DNA from: Ruminococcus sp.
Lineage (GTDB): Bacteria; Bacillota; Clostridia; Lachnospirales; Lachnospiraceae
DNA length: 64,000 nucleotides
Reading direction: 5' to 3'
NCBI GenBank assembly: GCA_029256845.1
Contig: JARIEI010000195.1
Coordinates: 70 to 64,069 of the forward strand
Shown here piece after piece: positions 56,293-64,000 of the stretch. The notes beneath the pieces were generated by a model, which saw nothing but the letters and a program-made list of their open reading frames with translations, did no database searches and had not been told where the DNA came from. Numbering within the stretch: the stretch's first letter is position 1; each line of letters starts with the position of its first letter. The position numbers and the translations under genes were made by a program.

Positions 56293-59145
56293 ATGAGAAA
56301 AATTATGAAAAAAAAGATTGTACTGTTAAGTATGATGTTTATGATATGTTTGTTCTCTTTTTGGAATCAAATAACATTCGCATCAGATGAAACTACAGTA
56401 GAGCATCATAAAGAAGAAACAATAGACGACTATGAAAGTGGAGTTACGGAAGAACAAGAAAAAAAAGAATATGACATTTTAATGTGGTCAGAAGATGCAA
56501 AAACAACATTGCTCAGATTATTGACAAATTTACATAAGAATATTAATAAAGAGCACCCAGAGTTTGCACTTTGTGAAAATCCACAGTGGAATACTGAACT
56601 TACAAATAACTCTATTGAAAAACTAAAATATCAGTTTGAAAATTATATTTCAAAAGGTGGGTTTGAAGAAAATGCATATGAAAATGTATTTCCATATGAA
56701 AATCAAGAAATGATAGTGATGGGGGCTGATAATAAAGGCAATACATCTGATCAGTTATATGTATTTTTAGAAAATCTGTTGTCAGGTAATTATGAAAATA
56801 AAGATACAGTTAAAATCATAAAAGACTTTTTGGAAATAGAAGAAATAGGAGCAGCATATAATGTATTTTCTGTAGAAAACAAATATGGTGTGCATGAATT
56901 AATTTCGTATAAAAAAAGAATAATTAATAGAGACGAAACAATAGAACAAGAATTGTATAATTATATTACAACAGAGTTATTAAATAATAAGGAGAATATT
57001 CAAACTTTATTGCAAAATCCAGTAGAAAGCACTGATACAGAAAATAGTGAAAGTAATGTGGAAGATCCAAGTGTGTCAGAAAAGCAAGATAATGATATAA
57101 ATGGTCAAGAAGAATACACCCACTCACCTGAAGAATCAGAAATAGTAATAGAGCAAGGAAAATCCCATTGGATTACAGATGGATATGGGAAAAAATATTG
57201 TTATGCAGATGGAAGTTTTGCCAAAGGGTATACTTTAATTGATGGATATTATTATTTTTTCAATCAAAATGGATATATGCAAGTAGGTCATGTGGTGGTA
57301 GATGGTCAAGCGTATCAATTTTGGCATGAAGCAGGATATGGTCGATCAAAAGGCTGGGTAAATTATCCAGATGGGAAAAAGGCATACTGCCTGGGCGACG
57401 GAAAACTTGCGATAGGGTACACCAAAATAGAAAATAAATATTACTATTTTGGAAATGATGGATGTATGCAAACGGGACATGTAGTTGCAGATGGTCAGGC
57501 ATATCAGTTTTGGCATGAAGCAGGATATGGCCGACCAAAAGGTTGGGTAAATTATCCGGATGGAAAAAAAGCATATTGTTTAGGTGATGGAAAACTTGCG
57601 ATGGGGTACACCAAAATAGAAAATAGATATTACTATTTTGGAAATGATGGATGTATGCAAGTAGGACATGTAATTGCAGATGGTCAGGCATATCAATTTT
57701 GGCATGAGGCGGGATATGGTCGACCAAAAGGCTGGATAGATTACTCAGATGGGAAAAAAGCATATTGTGAAGGAAACGGAAAACTTGCAATAGGTGGCCG
57801 AATAATAGATGGAACATACTACAGATTTAATAAAGAAGGCTATTTGATGACAAACAATAAGTGGATCACAGATGGTACTGGGAAAAAATATGTGTATGAG
57901 GATGGAAGTTTAGCTACTGGATACATGATAATAGATGGACAGTATTATTATTTTAACCAGAATGGATATATGCAAGTAGGTCATGTGGTAGTAGATGGTC
58001 AGGCATATCAATTTTGGCATGAGGCAGGCTATGGACGACCAAAGGGGTGGATAAATTACCCAGACGGAAAAAAGGCATACTGTCTAGGGAATGGAAAACT
58101 TGCGATGGGATATACCAAAATAGAAAATAAATATTATTATTTTGGCAATGATGGATGTATGCAAGTAGGACATGTGGTAGTAGATGGTCAGGCATATCAA
58201 TTTTGGTATGAAGAAGGCTATGGACGACCAGCAGGTTGGATAAATTATCCTGGCGGAAAAAAGGCTTACTGTATGGGAAATGGAATACTTGCTAAAGGGT
58301 ATACTAAGATAGAAAACAAATTTTACTATTTTGGAAATGATGGATGTATGCAAGTAGGTCATGTGGTAGCAGATGGTCAGGCATATCAATTTTGGTGTGA
58401 AGCAGGCTATGGACGACCAGTAGGATGGATAAATTATCCAGATGGAAAAAAAGCGTATTGTTTAGGCAATGGGAAATTAGCAATAGGCCAACTGAAAATA
58501 GGAAAGAGTATTTATTATTTTGATAGTGAAGGTTATCTGATTAAAACGGAAAAAAGAGGAATAGATGTATCAGAATTTCAGGGCAAGATAGATTGGAGAG
58601 CTGTGAAAAAATCAGGTATTGAATTTGCCTTTATCCGTGTAGGTGGAAGATATGGTCTTAGTGGTAAGTTTTATGAGGACAAGCAATATCATAATAATAT
58701 GAAAGGTGCCGCTCAAAATGATATAGATACAGGAATATATTTTTTTACACAAGCAATTAATGAAGCAGAAGCTATACAAGAAGCAAGATTTGCATGTAGC
58801 CGTTTAAAAGGATATGATATTAAATTTCCTGTTGTAATTGACACAGAATCTTTAGAAGGATGCAGACATAATAATTTAACGGTACAACAAAGAACAAATG
58901 TTGTTAAAGCATTTTGTGAAGAGGTTATTCGACAAGGATATAAGCCGATGATTTATTCAGGACTATACTGGTTACAAGATAATTTAGACATGAGTCAATT
59001 AACCAAATATGATGTCTGGGTAGCACAATACAACTTAACATGTGATTATAAAGGAAAATATAGCTGTTGGCAGTACACCTCTAAGGGCTCTGTACCAGGA
59101 ATTAAGGGAAATGTAGATATGAATATATGGTATTATAACAAATAA
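56293..59145 (+). CDS. Secreted cell-wall-binding-repeat protein with a C-terminal GH25 muramidase (lysozyme) domain
   Basis: Signal peptide (MKKKIVLLSMMFMICLFSFWNQITFA; the start may be the ATG at 56305). A ~270-aa unique N-terminal region. About 460 aa of CW_binding_1-type aromatic/Gly repeats (GYxxIDGxYYYFxxxGxM). GH25 start GIDVSEFQGKIDW at ~58558. Confidence 0.88.
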   Translation: MRKIMKKKIVLLSMMFMICLFSFWNQITFASDETTVEHHKEETIDDYESGVTEEQEKKEYDILMWSEDAKTTLLRLLTNLHKNINKEHPEFALCENPQWNTELTNNSIEKLKYQFENYISKGGFEENAYENVFPYENQEMIVMGADNKGNTSDQLYVFLENLLSGNYENKDTVKIIKDFLEIEEIGAAYNVFSVENKYGVHELISYKKRIINRDETIEQELYNYITTELLNNKENIQTLLQNPVESTDTENSESNVEDPSVSEKQDNDINGQEEYTHSPEESEIVIEQGKSHWITDGYGKKYCYADGSFAKGYTLIDGYYYFFNQNGYMQVGHVVVDGQAYQFWHEAGYGRSKGWVNYPDGKKAYCLGDGKLAIGYTKIENKYYYFGNDGCMQTGHVVADGQAYQFWHEAGYGRPKGWVNYPDGKKAYCLGDGKLAMGYTKIENRYYYFGNDGCMQVGHVIADGQAYQFWHEAGYGRPKGWIDYSDGKKAYCEGNGKLAIGGRIIDGTYYRFNKEGYLMTNNKWITDGTGKKYVYEDGSLATGYMIIDGQYYYFNQNGYMQVGHVVVDGQAYQFWHEAGYGRPKGWINYPDGKKAYCLGNGKLAMGYTKIENKYYYFGNDGCMQVGHVVVDGQAYQFWYEEGYGRPAGWINYPGGKKAYCMGNGILAKGYTKIENKFYYFGNDGCMQVGHVVADGQAYQFWCEAGYGRPVGWINYPDGKKAYCLGNGKLAIGQLKIGKSIYYFDSEGYLIKTEKRGIDVSEFQGKIDWRAVKKSGIEFAFIRVGGRYGLSGKFYEDKQYHNNMKGAAQNDIDTGIYFFTQAINEAEAIQEARFACSRLKGYDIKFPVVIDTESLEGCRHNNLTVQQRTNVVKAFCEEVIRQGYKPMIYSGLYWLQDNLDMSQLTKYDVWVAQYNLTCDYKGKYSCWQYTSKGSVPGIKGNVDMNIWYYNK
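57169..58554 (+). repeat. Nested in-frame tandem repeats: 189-bp (63-aa) units arranged in two ~693-bp higher-order blocks
   Basis: GW(V/I)NYPDGKKAYC units start at 57352, 57541 and 57730, and again at 58045, 58234 and 58423, each exactly 189 bp apart. WITDG-initiated blocks start at 57169 and 57862, 693 bp apart. Confidence 0.9.
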
Positions 59146-59286
59146 AATAGAAATATCTTTAGTTTACTATATGTTAGATTGAAGAGTTCGAAAGTATATA
59201 GGTGAAAAATACAAGTGCAGACACATAAAATCATAGTGCTGAAATAAAAGAAAAGAAAAATGACCCTACAAGGGAGGAGAAAAACA

Positions 59287-59970
59287 GTGGTAATAAAAAA
59301 ATGGAACGATCTTCCTGATTTCTTAAAAAATGAAGAAGTCAGAGAATATTATGATTTGTTAAGAAAAAGAAAAATCAGCTTGGTATTTAAAAGGATATTT
59401 GATGTGATTATGTCTTTTGTTTTATTGGTTTTACTTTCTCCAGTGTTTTGTGTTTTAGCATTTCTTATAAAAAAAGATTCCAAAGGTCCTGTCTTTTATA
59501 GACAAGTTAGAGTTACACAATATGGACGTGAATTTCGTATTTTTAAGTTTAGGACTATGGTCAACAACGCAGATAAAATAGGAGCCCATGTTACTTCTAA
59601 TAATGACTGCAGAATAACAAAAATTGGAAAGAAGATCAGAAGTTGTCGCTTGGATGAGATACCGCAACTGATTAACGTATTTCTTGGAGACATGTCTTTT
59701 GTGGGAACTAGGCCTGAAGCGGTGAAATATGTAAAAGAATATACACCAGAAATGATGGCTACGCTTCTTCTACCAGCGGGTATTACATCTGATGCAAGCA
59801 TAACGTATAAAGACGAAGCGGAATTGTTAGAAAACGCAGAAGATGCAGACAAAGTGTATGTTGAAAAAATATTGCCAGAAAAAATGAAATATAATTTACA
59901 GAGTATCAGACAATTCAATTTGATATATGAAATTAGGATTATGTTTAAAACGATACTGGCGGTGTTGTAA
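59287..59970 (+). CDS. Small monotopic phosphoglycosyl transferase (bacterial sugar transferase; PglC/WbaP C-terminal type)
   Basis: GGGAGGAG lies 7 nt before the GTG at 59287; the ATG at 59260 is an alternative start. [18 protein letters not shown] re-entrant helix. GPVFYRQVRV...FKFRTM and DEIPQLINVFLGDMSFVGTRPE motifs. Confidence 0.88.
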   Translation: MVIKKWNDLPDFLKNEEVREYYDLLRKRKISLVFKRIFDVIMSFVLLVLLSPVFCVLAFLIKKDSKGPVFYRQVRVTQYGREFRIFKFRTMVNNADKIGAHVTSNNDCRITKIGKKIRSCRLDEIPQLINVFLGDMSFVGTRPEAVKYVKEYTPEMMATLLLPAGITSDASITYKDEAELLENAEDADKVYVEKILPEKMKYNLQSIRQFNLIYEIRIMFKTILAVL

Positions 59971-59984
59971 CTGAATATAGAAAA

Positions 59985-60040
59985 AGAGCAACAAGGTTTC
60001 TGGGTGTTAAGATGCATCAGAAACCTTGTTACTCTTTTTT
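59985..60040 (+). terminator. Strong intrinsic terminator after the PGT gene
   Basis: 18-bp stem agagcaacaaggtttctg / cagaaaccttgttactct with one mismatch, followed by T6 (60035-60040). Confidence 0.85.
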
Positions 60041-60078
60041 ACAATATTTTTAATATCATATTAAGAAAATATTATTTT

Positions 60079-60107
60079 GTTGCGAAAAGATGTTAAAAGT
60101 GTTACTA
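60079..60107 (+). promoter_or_regulatory. Candidate sigma-A promoter for module C
   Basis: TTGCGA (60079-60084), 17-nt spacer, TGtTACTAT (60099-60107). Sequence match only. Confidence 0.3.
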
Positions 60108-60153
60108 TTGTTCTGAGTTAAGTCTAAATTTATATTGATTAAATAAAACAAAG

Positions 60154-61656
60154 GTGGATATTATAGTGAAAAAAAAACAGAAGAAGAGAAAAAAAATGAA
60201 GAAGATGGGGGTATTGATTTGCCTGATTCAGGGTATTTTAACCTTGATATTTAGCATAGCTCTTCTTCGATTAAATTTATTACCAATAGTGTACTCTTTA
60301 TTGATTATTCTTGCTTTAGCTGTGCTTTGGTTTTTACCATTTATGAATCAAATGACTTATAAACGATATGGAACAGCTGGAAAGATAATGAGTGTATGTA
60401 TATCGATTTTGCTATTCCTGGGTGGAAGTTATCTCTTCAAAACACAAGGAATGGTAGCTAATATTAGTGGGAATGATAAGAAAATAGATAAGATGGTTGT
60501 TGTAGTATTAAAGGATGATCCTGCTGAAGATATAAAAGATACATCTGACTATGTATTTGGTGTTCAATATGCACTAAAAAAAGAAGATGTCAAAAAAGCA
60601 CAAGAAGAGATAAGTTCAAAATTAAAAAAAGAATTGACAGTGAAAGAATATAATAATTTAAATGAACAGGCTGCCGGATTGTTAAATGGAGAAGTTCAGG
60701 CAATTATATACAATGATGCATATACGTCCATGTTGGAGGAGTCATATGCAGGATTTGGGGATAAGACAAAAGTTGTTTATACCTATGAATTAGTTAGTAA
60801 ATTAGATATTCAGAGTTCAAACAAAATTAATTCTGAATTATTGAAGAAACCATTTACAGTCTATTTAAGTGGGATAGATGTAGACGGATCAATTGAGACA
60901 ACAGGAAGAAGTGATGTTAATGTTTTGGCGGTTGTTAATCCAAACACACATCAAGTTCTACTTGTTACAACACCACGAGATTATTATATAGAATTACCAG
61001 GGATTTCTATGGGTATGTGTGATAAATTGACACATGCGGGTATATATGGTGTCGATGCATCTATGGCTGCTTTGTCTGAGTTATATGATGTTCCGGTTGA
61101 TTTTTATGCTAGAGTTAATTTTACATCCTTACCTAAAATAGTGGATGCATTAGGAGGAATTGATGTATATTCAGAAAGTGAATTTGAGTCGACTCCAGGA
61201 GCAGCAATTAAACTTTATGCAAAGGAAGGGATAAATCATTTAAATGGTATACAAGCACTTACTTTTGCTAGAGAGCGAGAAAATTTACCTGGAGGAGATT
61301 ATCAACGCGGAAGAAATCATGAGGCTGTAATTACTGCTATGATAAAAAAAGCAATTTCACCAGCAATATTAGTTGGAGCATCAGAAATTATAGATAGTGT
61401 GAGTGAAGGAGTAGATACGAATATGTCTATGGAGCAAATACAAGGATTGATTAAAAATCAGATTGCTCATCCTGTCGCGTGGAAAATAAAATCTATGGCA
61501 GCAACAGGAACAGATTCGGAGGAAGATGTTTTTTCAATGCCAGGTGTTTATCCATTTGTGTGTATCCCAGATATAGATTCGGTGGAAGAGATAAAAGATA
61601 CAATTAACCGAGTTATAGACGGAGAAAAACTAGAAGATGTAGAGACCGTTAAATAG
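60154..61656 (+). CDS. LytR-CpsA-Psr (LCP) family ligase, copy 2 (paralog of 39681..41132)
   Basis: Same architecture and collinear motifs as copy 1 (VVVVLKDDPAEDIKD, TTPRDYYI, DKLTHAGIYG, FARERENLPGGDYQRGRNH). The true start may be the GTG at 60166, 9 nt after AAGGTGG. Confidence 0.9.
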   Translation: MDIIVKKKQKKRKKMKKMGVLICLIQGILTLIFSIALLRLNLLPIVYSLLIILALAVLWFLPFMNQMTYKRYGTAGKIMSVCISILLFLGGSYLFKTQGMVANISGNDKKIDKMVVVVLKDDPAEDIKDTSDYVFGVQYALKKEDVKKAQEEISSKLKKELTVKEYNNLNEQAAGLLNGEVQAIIYNDAYTSMLEESYAGFGDKTKVVYTYELVSKLDIQSSNKINSELLKKPFTVYLSGIDVDGSIETTGRSDVNVLAVVNPNTHQVLLVTTPRDYYIELPGISMGMCDKLTHAGIYGVDASMAALSELYDVPVDFYARVNFTSLPKIVDALGGIDVYSESEFESTPGAAIKLYAKEGINHLNGIQALTFARERENLPGGDYQRGRNHEAVITAMIKKAISPAILVGASEIIDSVSEGVDTNMSMEQIQGLIKNQIAHPVAWKIKSMAATGTDSEEDVFSMPGVYPFVCIPDIDSVEEIKDTINRVIDGEKLEDVETVK

Positions 61657-61720
61657 ATGTTTTAGACAATTTTTTTGATTTGAGTTGTTTAAAATAGAAT
61701 AAGTTAGAGAGGAAACAAAA

Positions 61721-62854
61721 ATGCAATTTAGAGATTTAAAAAAGCAGTACCGTGTACTTAAACAAGAGATTGACGCAGCAATGCTTAATGTTGTCGAGGC
61801 AGCTAATTTTATTAGCGGGCAGCAAGTGGATGTTTTGGAAGAAGAGCTTGCAAAATATGTTGGCGTGAAGCATTGTATTACATGTGGGAATGGTACAGAT
61901 GCATTGTCAATGATGATGATGGCATGGGATATTAAGAAGGGAGATGCTGTCTTTGTACCCGATTTCACCTTTTTTGCTTCTGGAGAAATTGTTTCATTTG
62001 GAGGGGCAACACCAGTTTTTTATGATGTGGATGAGGCTACATTTAATGCGGATGTTGAGTCTTTAGAAAATGCAATTCTCGAAGTGAAAAAAGAAGGTAA
62101 ATTGGTTCCTAAAGTAATTATAGCGGTAGATTTATTTGGACAGCCAGCAGACTATGATAGATTAGAAGCAGTTGCAAAGAAATACAATTTACTTCTTTTG
62201 GAAGATGGTGCACAAGGATTTGGAGGGAGAATTGGAACAAGAAGAGCATGTAGTTTTGGAGATGCTGCTACGACGTCGTTCTTTCCGGCGAAACCACTAG
62301 GATGTTATGGGGATGGTGGAGCAATTTTTACCAATGATGACAAGATTGCTGAGTATTTAAAATCAATACGAGTTCATGGGAAAGGAACCTTTAAATACGA
62401 TAATGTACGTATTGGATGGAATTCAAGGCTAGATACAATACAAGCTGCTATATTGCTTGTAAAACTAAATGCATTTAAGAATTTTGAATTAGAGGCTGTA
62501 AATAAATTTGCATCTCAATACACAAATTTATTGAAAAATGTCGTAAAAACGCCGATAGTAGCACAAAATATGTATTCTAGTTGGGCTCAATATACTATAC
62601 AACTTTCTTCATTGGAGGAAAGAAATGGTTTGCAAGAGTATTTAAAAGAACAAGGAATTCCAACTATGGTGTATTATCCGAAGGCTATGCATAATCAAAC
62701 AGCATTTCTAGAATGCAAAAGATATGTAGACTGTCCCAAAACAGAGCGTTTATGCAATGTGGTTCTTGCACTTCCTATGCATCCTTATATGGAGAATGAG
62801 TATGTCGAAGTATCAAATGCAATTAAAGAATATTTGCATTTGCGTCATATGTAG
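61721..62854 (+). CDS. DegT-family aminotransferase, WbpE/FdtB-like (NDP-3-keto-sugar transaminase type)
   Basis: FRDLKKQYRVLKQEIDAAM N-terminus, GNGTDAL, SFFPAKPLGCYGDGGAIFTNDD lysine region, and NSRLDTIQAAIL. Confidence 0.9.
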   Translation: MQFRDLKKQYRVLKQEIDAAMLNVVEAANFISGQQVDVLEEELAKYVGVKHCITCGNGTDALSMMMMAWDIKKGDAVFVPDFTFFASGEIVSFGGATPVFYDVDEATFNADVESLENAILEVKKEGKLVPKVIIAVDLFGQPADYDRLEAVAKKYNLLLLEDGAQGFGGRIGTRRACSFGDAATTSFFPAKPLGCYGDGGAIFTNDDKIAEYLKSIRVHGKGTFKYDNVRIGWNSRLDTIQAAILLVKLNAFKNFELEAVNKFASQYTNLLKNVVKTPIVAQNMYSSWAQYTIQLSSLEERNGLQEYLKEQGIPTMVYYPKAMHNQTAFLECKRYVDCPKTERLCNVVLALPMHPYMENEYVEVSNAIKEYLHLRHM

Positions 62855-62947
62855 ATGAGTCATTCAGCTCTAATAACTTGCATTTAAGAGTTATTAGTGG
62901 TAGTATATATTTGTTTTTTTTAGACAATGAATTAAAGGCAGGGGCCA

Positions 62948-64000
62948 ATGAAAATGAAAATTTTATTAATTAACCATTATGCAGGATCACCAAGCATGGG
63001 AATGGAGTTCCGACCATATTATTTTGCAAAAGAGTGGATAAAAAAAGGTCATCACGTTGATATTATATCTGCAAATTATTCTCACCTACGCCGAGTAAAT
63101 CCGAGTGTTAAAAAGGATTTTCAAAGAGAAAACATAGATGGTATAAATTATTATTGGATTAAAACAAATAATTATGATAAAAATGGTGTAAAGCGATCTC
63201 TTACAATGTTTGAATTCATTACGAAGTTATGGATTCATTCAAAATGGATTGTGGATAATCTAAAACCAGATGTAGTAATATGTTCGTCAACATATCCTTT
63301 AGACACATATGTTGGACAACGGATTAGAAAAATCTCTAAAAAACCAGTAAAACTGATTCATGAAGTACATGATATGTGGCCAATTAGTCCAATAGAAATT
63401 GGTGGAATGTCGCCTAAAAATCCATTTATTATGCTAATGCAAAGGGGAGAGGACTCTTTCTGCAAACACTCAGACAAAGTTGTTTCATTGCTTCCAGCTG
63501 CAAAAGAATATTTTATTAAGCATGGTATGGATTCAAATAAGTTTAGACACATATCAAATGGTATTGTTTTAGAGGAATGGGAACATTATGAAAAGATTCC
63601 CTTTGCAATGTCGGAGAGGTTGAAAGCTGAGAAAGAAAAAGGAAAATTTGTACTATGCTTTTTTGGTAGTATTCACAAAACATATAATTTAGATATATTA
63701 ATTAGAGCAGTCAAGAAAATTCGTCAACCAATACTGGTATGCTTTATAGGATCTGGTTTAGATAAATGCGAACTTCAAAAAATGACAAAAGGATTTGAAG
63801 ATAAATTTATTTTTTTCGATCCAATATCTAAAACTTCAATACCAGATTTGTTTAATTATATTGATGCAACATTTGTTGGCGCTAAAAGTCAAAAAATATT
63901 TAGGTTTGGAATATGCATGAATAAATTGTTTGATGCAATGATGGGTGGAAAACCAATATTATACATGGTCGACGCACCTAATAATTATGTTAATCAGTAT
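62948..64000 (+). CDS. Glycosyltransferase family 4 (WbuB-like); the 3' end lies outside the window
   Basis: It is absent from the ORF track because no stop falls inside the window. I translated 62948 to 64000 by hand and found it open: MKMKILLINHYAGSPSMGMEFRPYYFAKEWIKKGHHVDII...HEVHDMWPISPIEIGGMS. This is typical of the WbuB/WcaI-type GT4 N-terminal domain. Confidence 0.8.
   Translation, partial: MKMKILLINHYAGSPSMGMEFRPYYFAKEWIKKGHHVDIISANYSHLRRVNPSVKKDFQRENIDGINYYWIKTNNYDKNGVKRSLTMFEFITKLWIHSKWIVDNLKPDVVICSSTYPLDTYVGQRIRKISKKPVKLIHEVHDMWPISPIEIGGMSPKNPFIMLMQRGEDSFCKHSDKVVSLLPAAKEYFIKHGMDSNKFRHISNGIVLEEWEHYEKIPFAMSERLKAEKEKGKFVLCFFGSIHKTYNLDILIRAVKKIRQPILVCFIGSGLDKCELQKMTKGFEDKFIFFDPISKTSIPDLFNYIDATFVGAKSQKIFRFGICMNKLFDAMMGGKPILYMVDAPNNYVNQY

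Noticed and set aside
57260-58389. Minus-strand ORFs of 185, 80 and 101 aa across the repeat region
   Set aside because: They are antisense to the cell-wall-binding repeats. They stay open only because the same stop-free reverse frame recurs every 189 bp, and their products are themselves repetitive low-complexity sequence.
57169-58554. Regularly spaced 189-bp repeats considered as a CRISPR-like array
   Set aside because: The units are contiguous with no unique spacers, are much longer than CRISPR repeats, and are in-frame coding sequence for wall-binding repeats. No cas genes are present.
56293-59145. GH25 lysozyme considered as a prophage endolysin or prophage remnant
   Set aside because: No holin, capsid, tail, integrase or other phage genes lie nearby. 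The protein has a signal peptide and sits in an operon of glycan genes, which fits a host autolysin better.
59496-60017. 173-aa minus-strand ORF overlapping the phosphoglycosyl transferase and its terminator
   Set aside because: The + strand frame carries unmistakable PGT motifs. The antisense ORF runs through the terminator hairpin and matches no family.
60166-60200. A9 and A8 homopolymer runs at the 5' end of LCP copy 2 (similar A-runs occur at 2238 and 14085), considered as slipped-strand phase-variation tracts
   Set aside because: They encode Lys-rich cytoplasmic N-termini, which are common in AT-rich Firmicutes. The tracts are short, and nothing in a single sequence indicates length variation.
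1-64000. Scan for tRNA, rRNA, CRISPR arrays, toxin-antitoxin pairs, restriction-modification or other defence systems
   Set aside because: None was recognisable. Every gap over 100 nt was inspected and is accounted for by promoters, terminators or the IS remnant. A by-eye scan cannot exclude small ncRNAs.

Overview
This window looks like chromosomal DNA from an AT-rich, endospore-forming Firmicute of class Clostridia. Gene order and protein sequences resemble Lachnospiraceae, but the taxon is inference only. Bases 1 to ~30,000 are conserved housekeeping, almost all on the + strand. They carry htrA, a SEDS gene and degV, then a compact dcw cluster: mraZ, rsmH, ftsL-like, two class B PBPs, mraY, murD, ftsW/spoVE, ftsQ, ftsZ. 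The cluster runs directly into spoIIGA, sigE, a beta-CASP/MBL nuclease and sigG. After these come a HAD phosphatase, pth-mfd, a PrsA-like lipoprotein, an isolated RmlD-like reductase and a DAACS transporter. From ~30,100 to the window end the sequence is visibly more AT-rich. This part is a ~34 kb mosaic cell-surface glycan island with at least three modules. Module A (30.1-39.2 kb) has 2 glycosyltransferases, a membrane-anchored leucine-rich-repeat protein, a Wzy-like polymerase, a Wzx flippase, and an MBOAT with an AlgX/DHHW-like O-acylation partner. An IS3-like transposase remnant lies at 39.3-39.5 kb. Module B (39.7-59.1 kb) has an LCP ligase, an aminotransferase, 3 GT2-type transferases, a second Wzy/Wzx pair, an ATP-grasp / amino-acid permease / ATP-grasp / aminotransferase cassette, rmlA, rmlB, ugd, and a 950-aa cell-wall-binding-repeat GH25 muramidase. 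Module C (59.3 to beyond 64 kb) has the only phosphoglycosyl transferase, a second LCP, a WbpE-like aminotransferase and a GT4. I found no tRNA, rRNA, CRISPR array, prophage or recognisable defence system. The best candidates for undescribed biology are the ATP-grasp/permease cassette (predicted amino-acid-decorated sugar), the LRR protein inside a Wzx/Wzy operon, and the muramidase that appears co-transcribed with the glycan genes. All calls come from reading the supplied translations and the DNA by eye; no searches were run.
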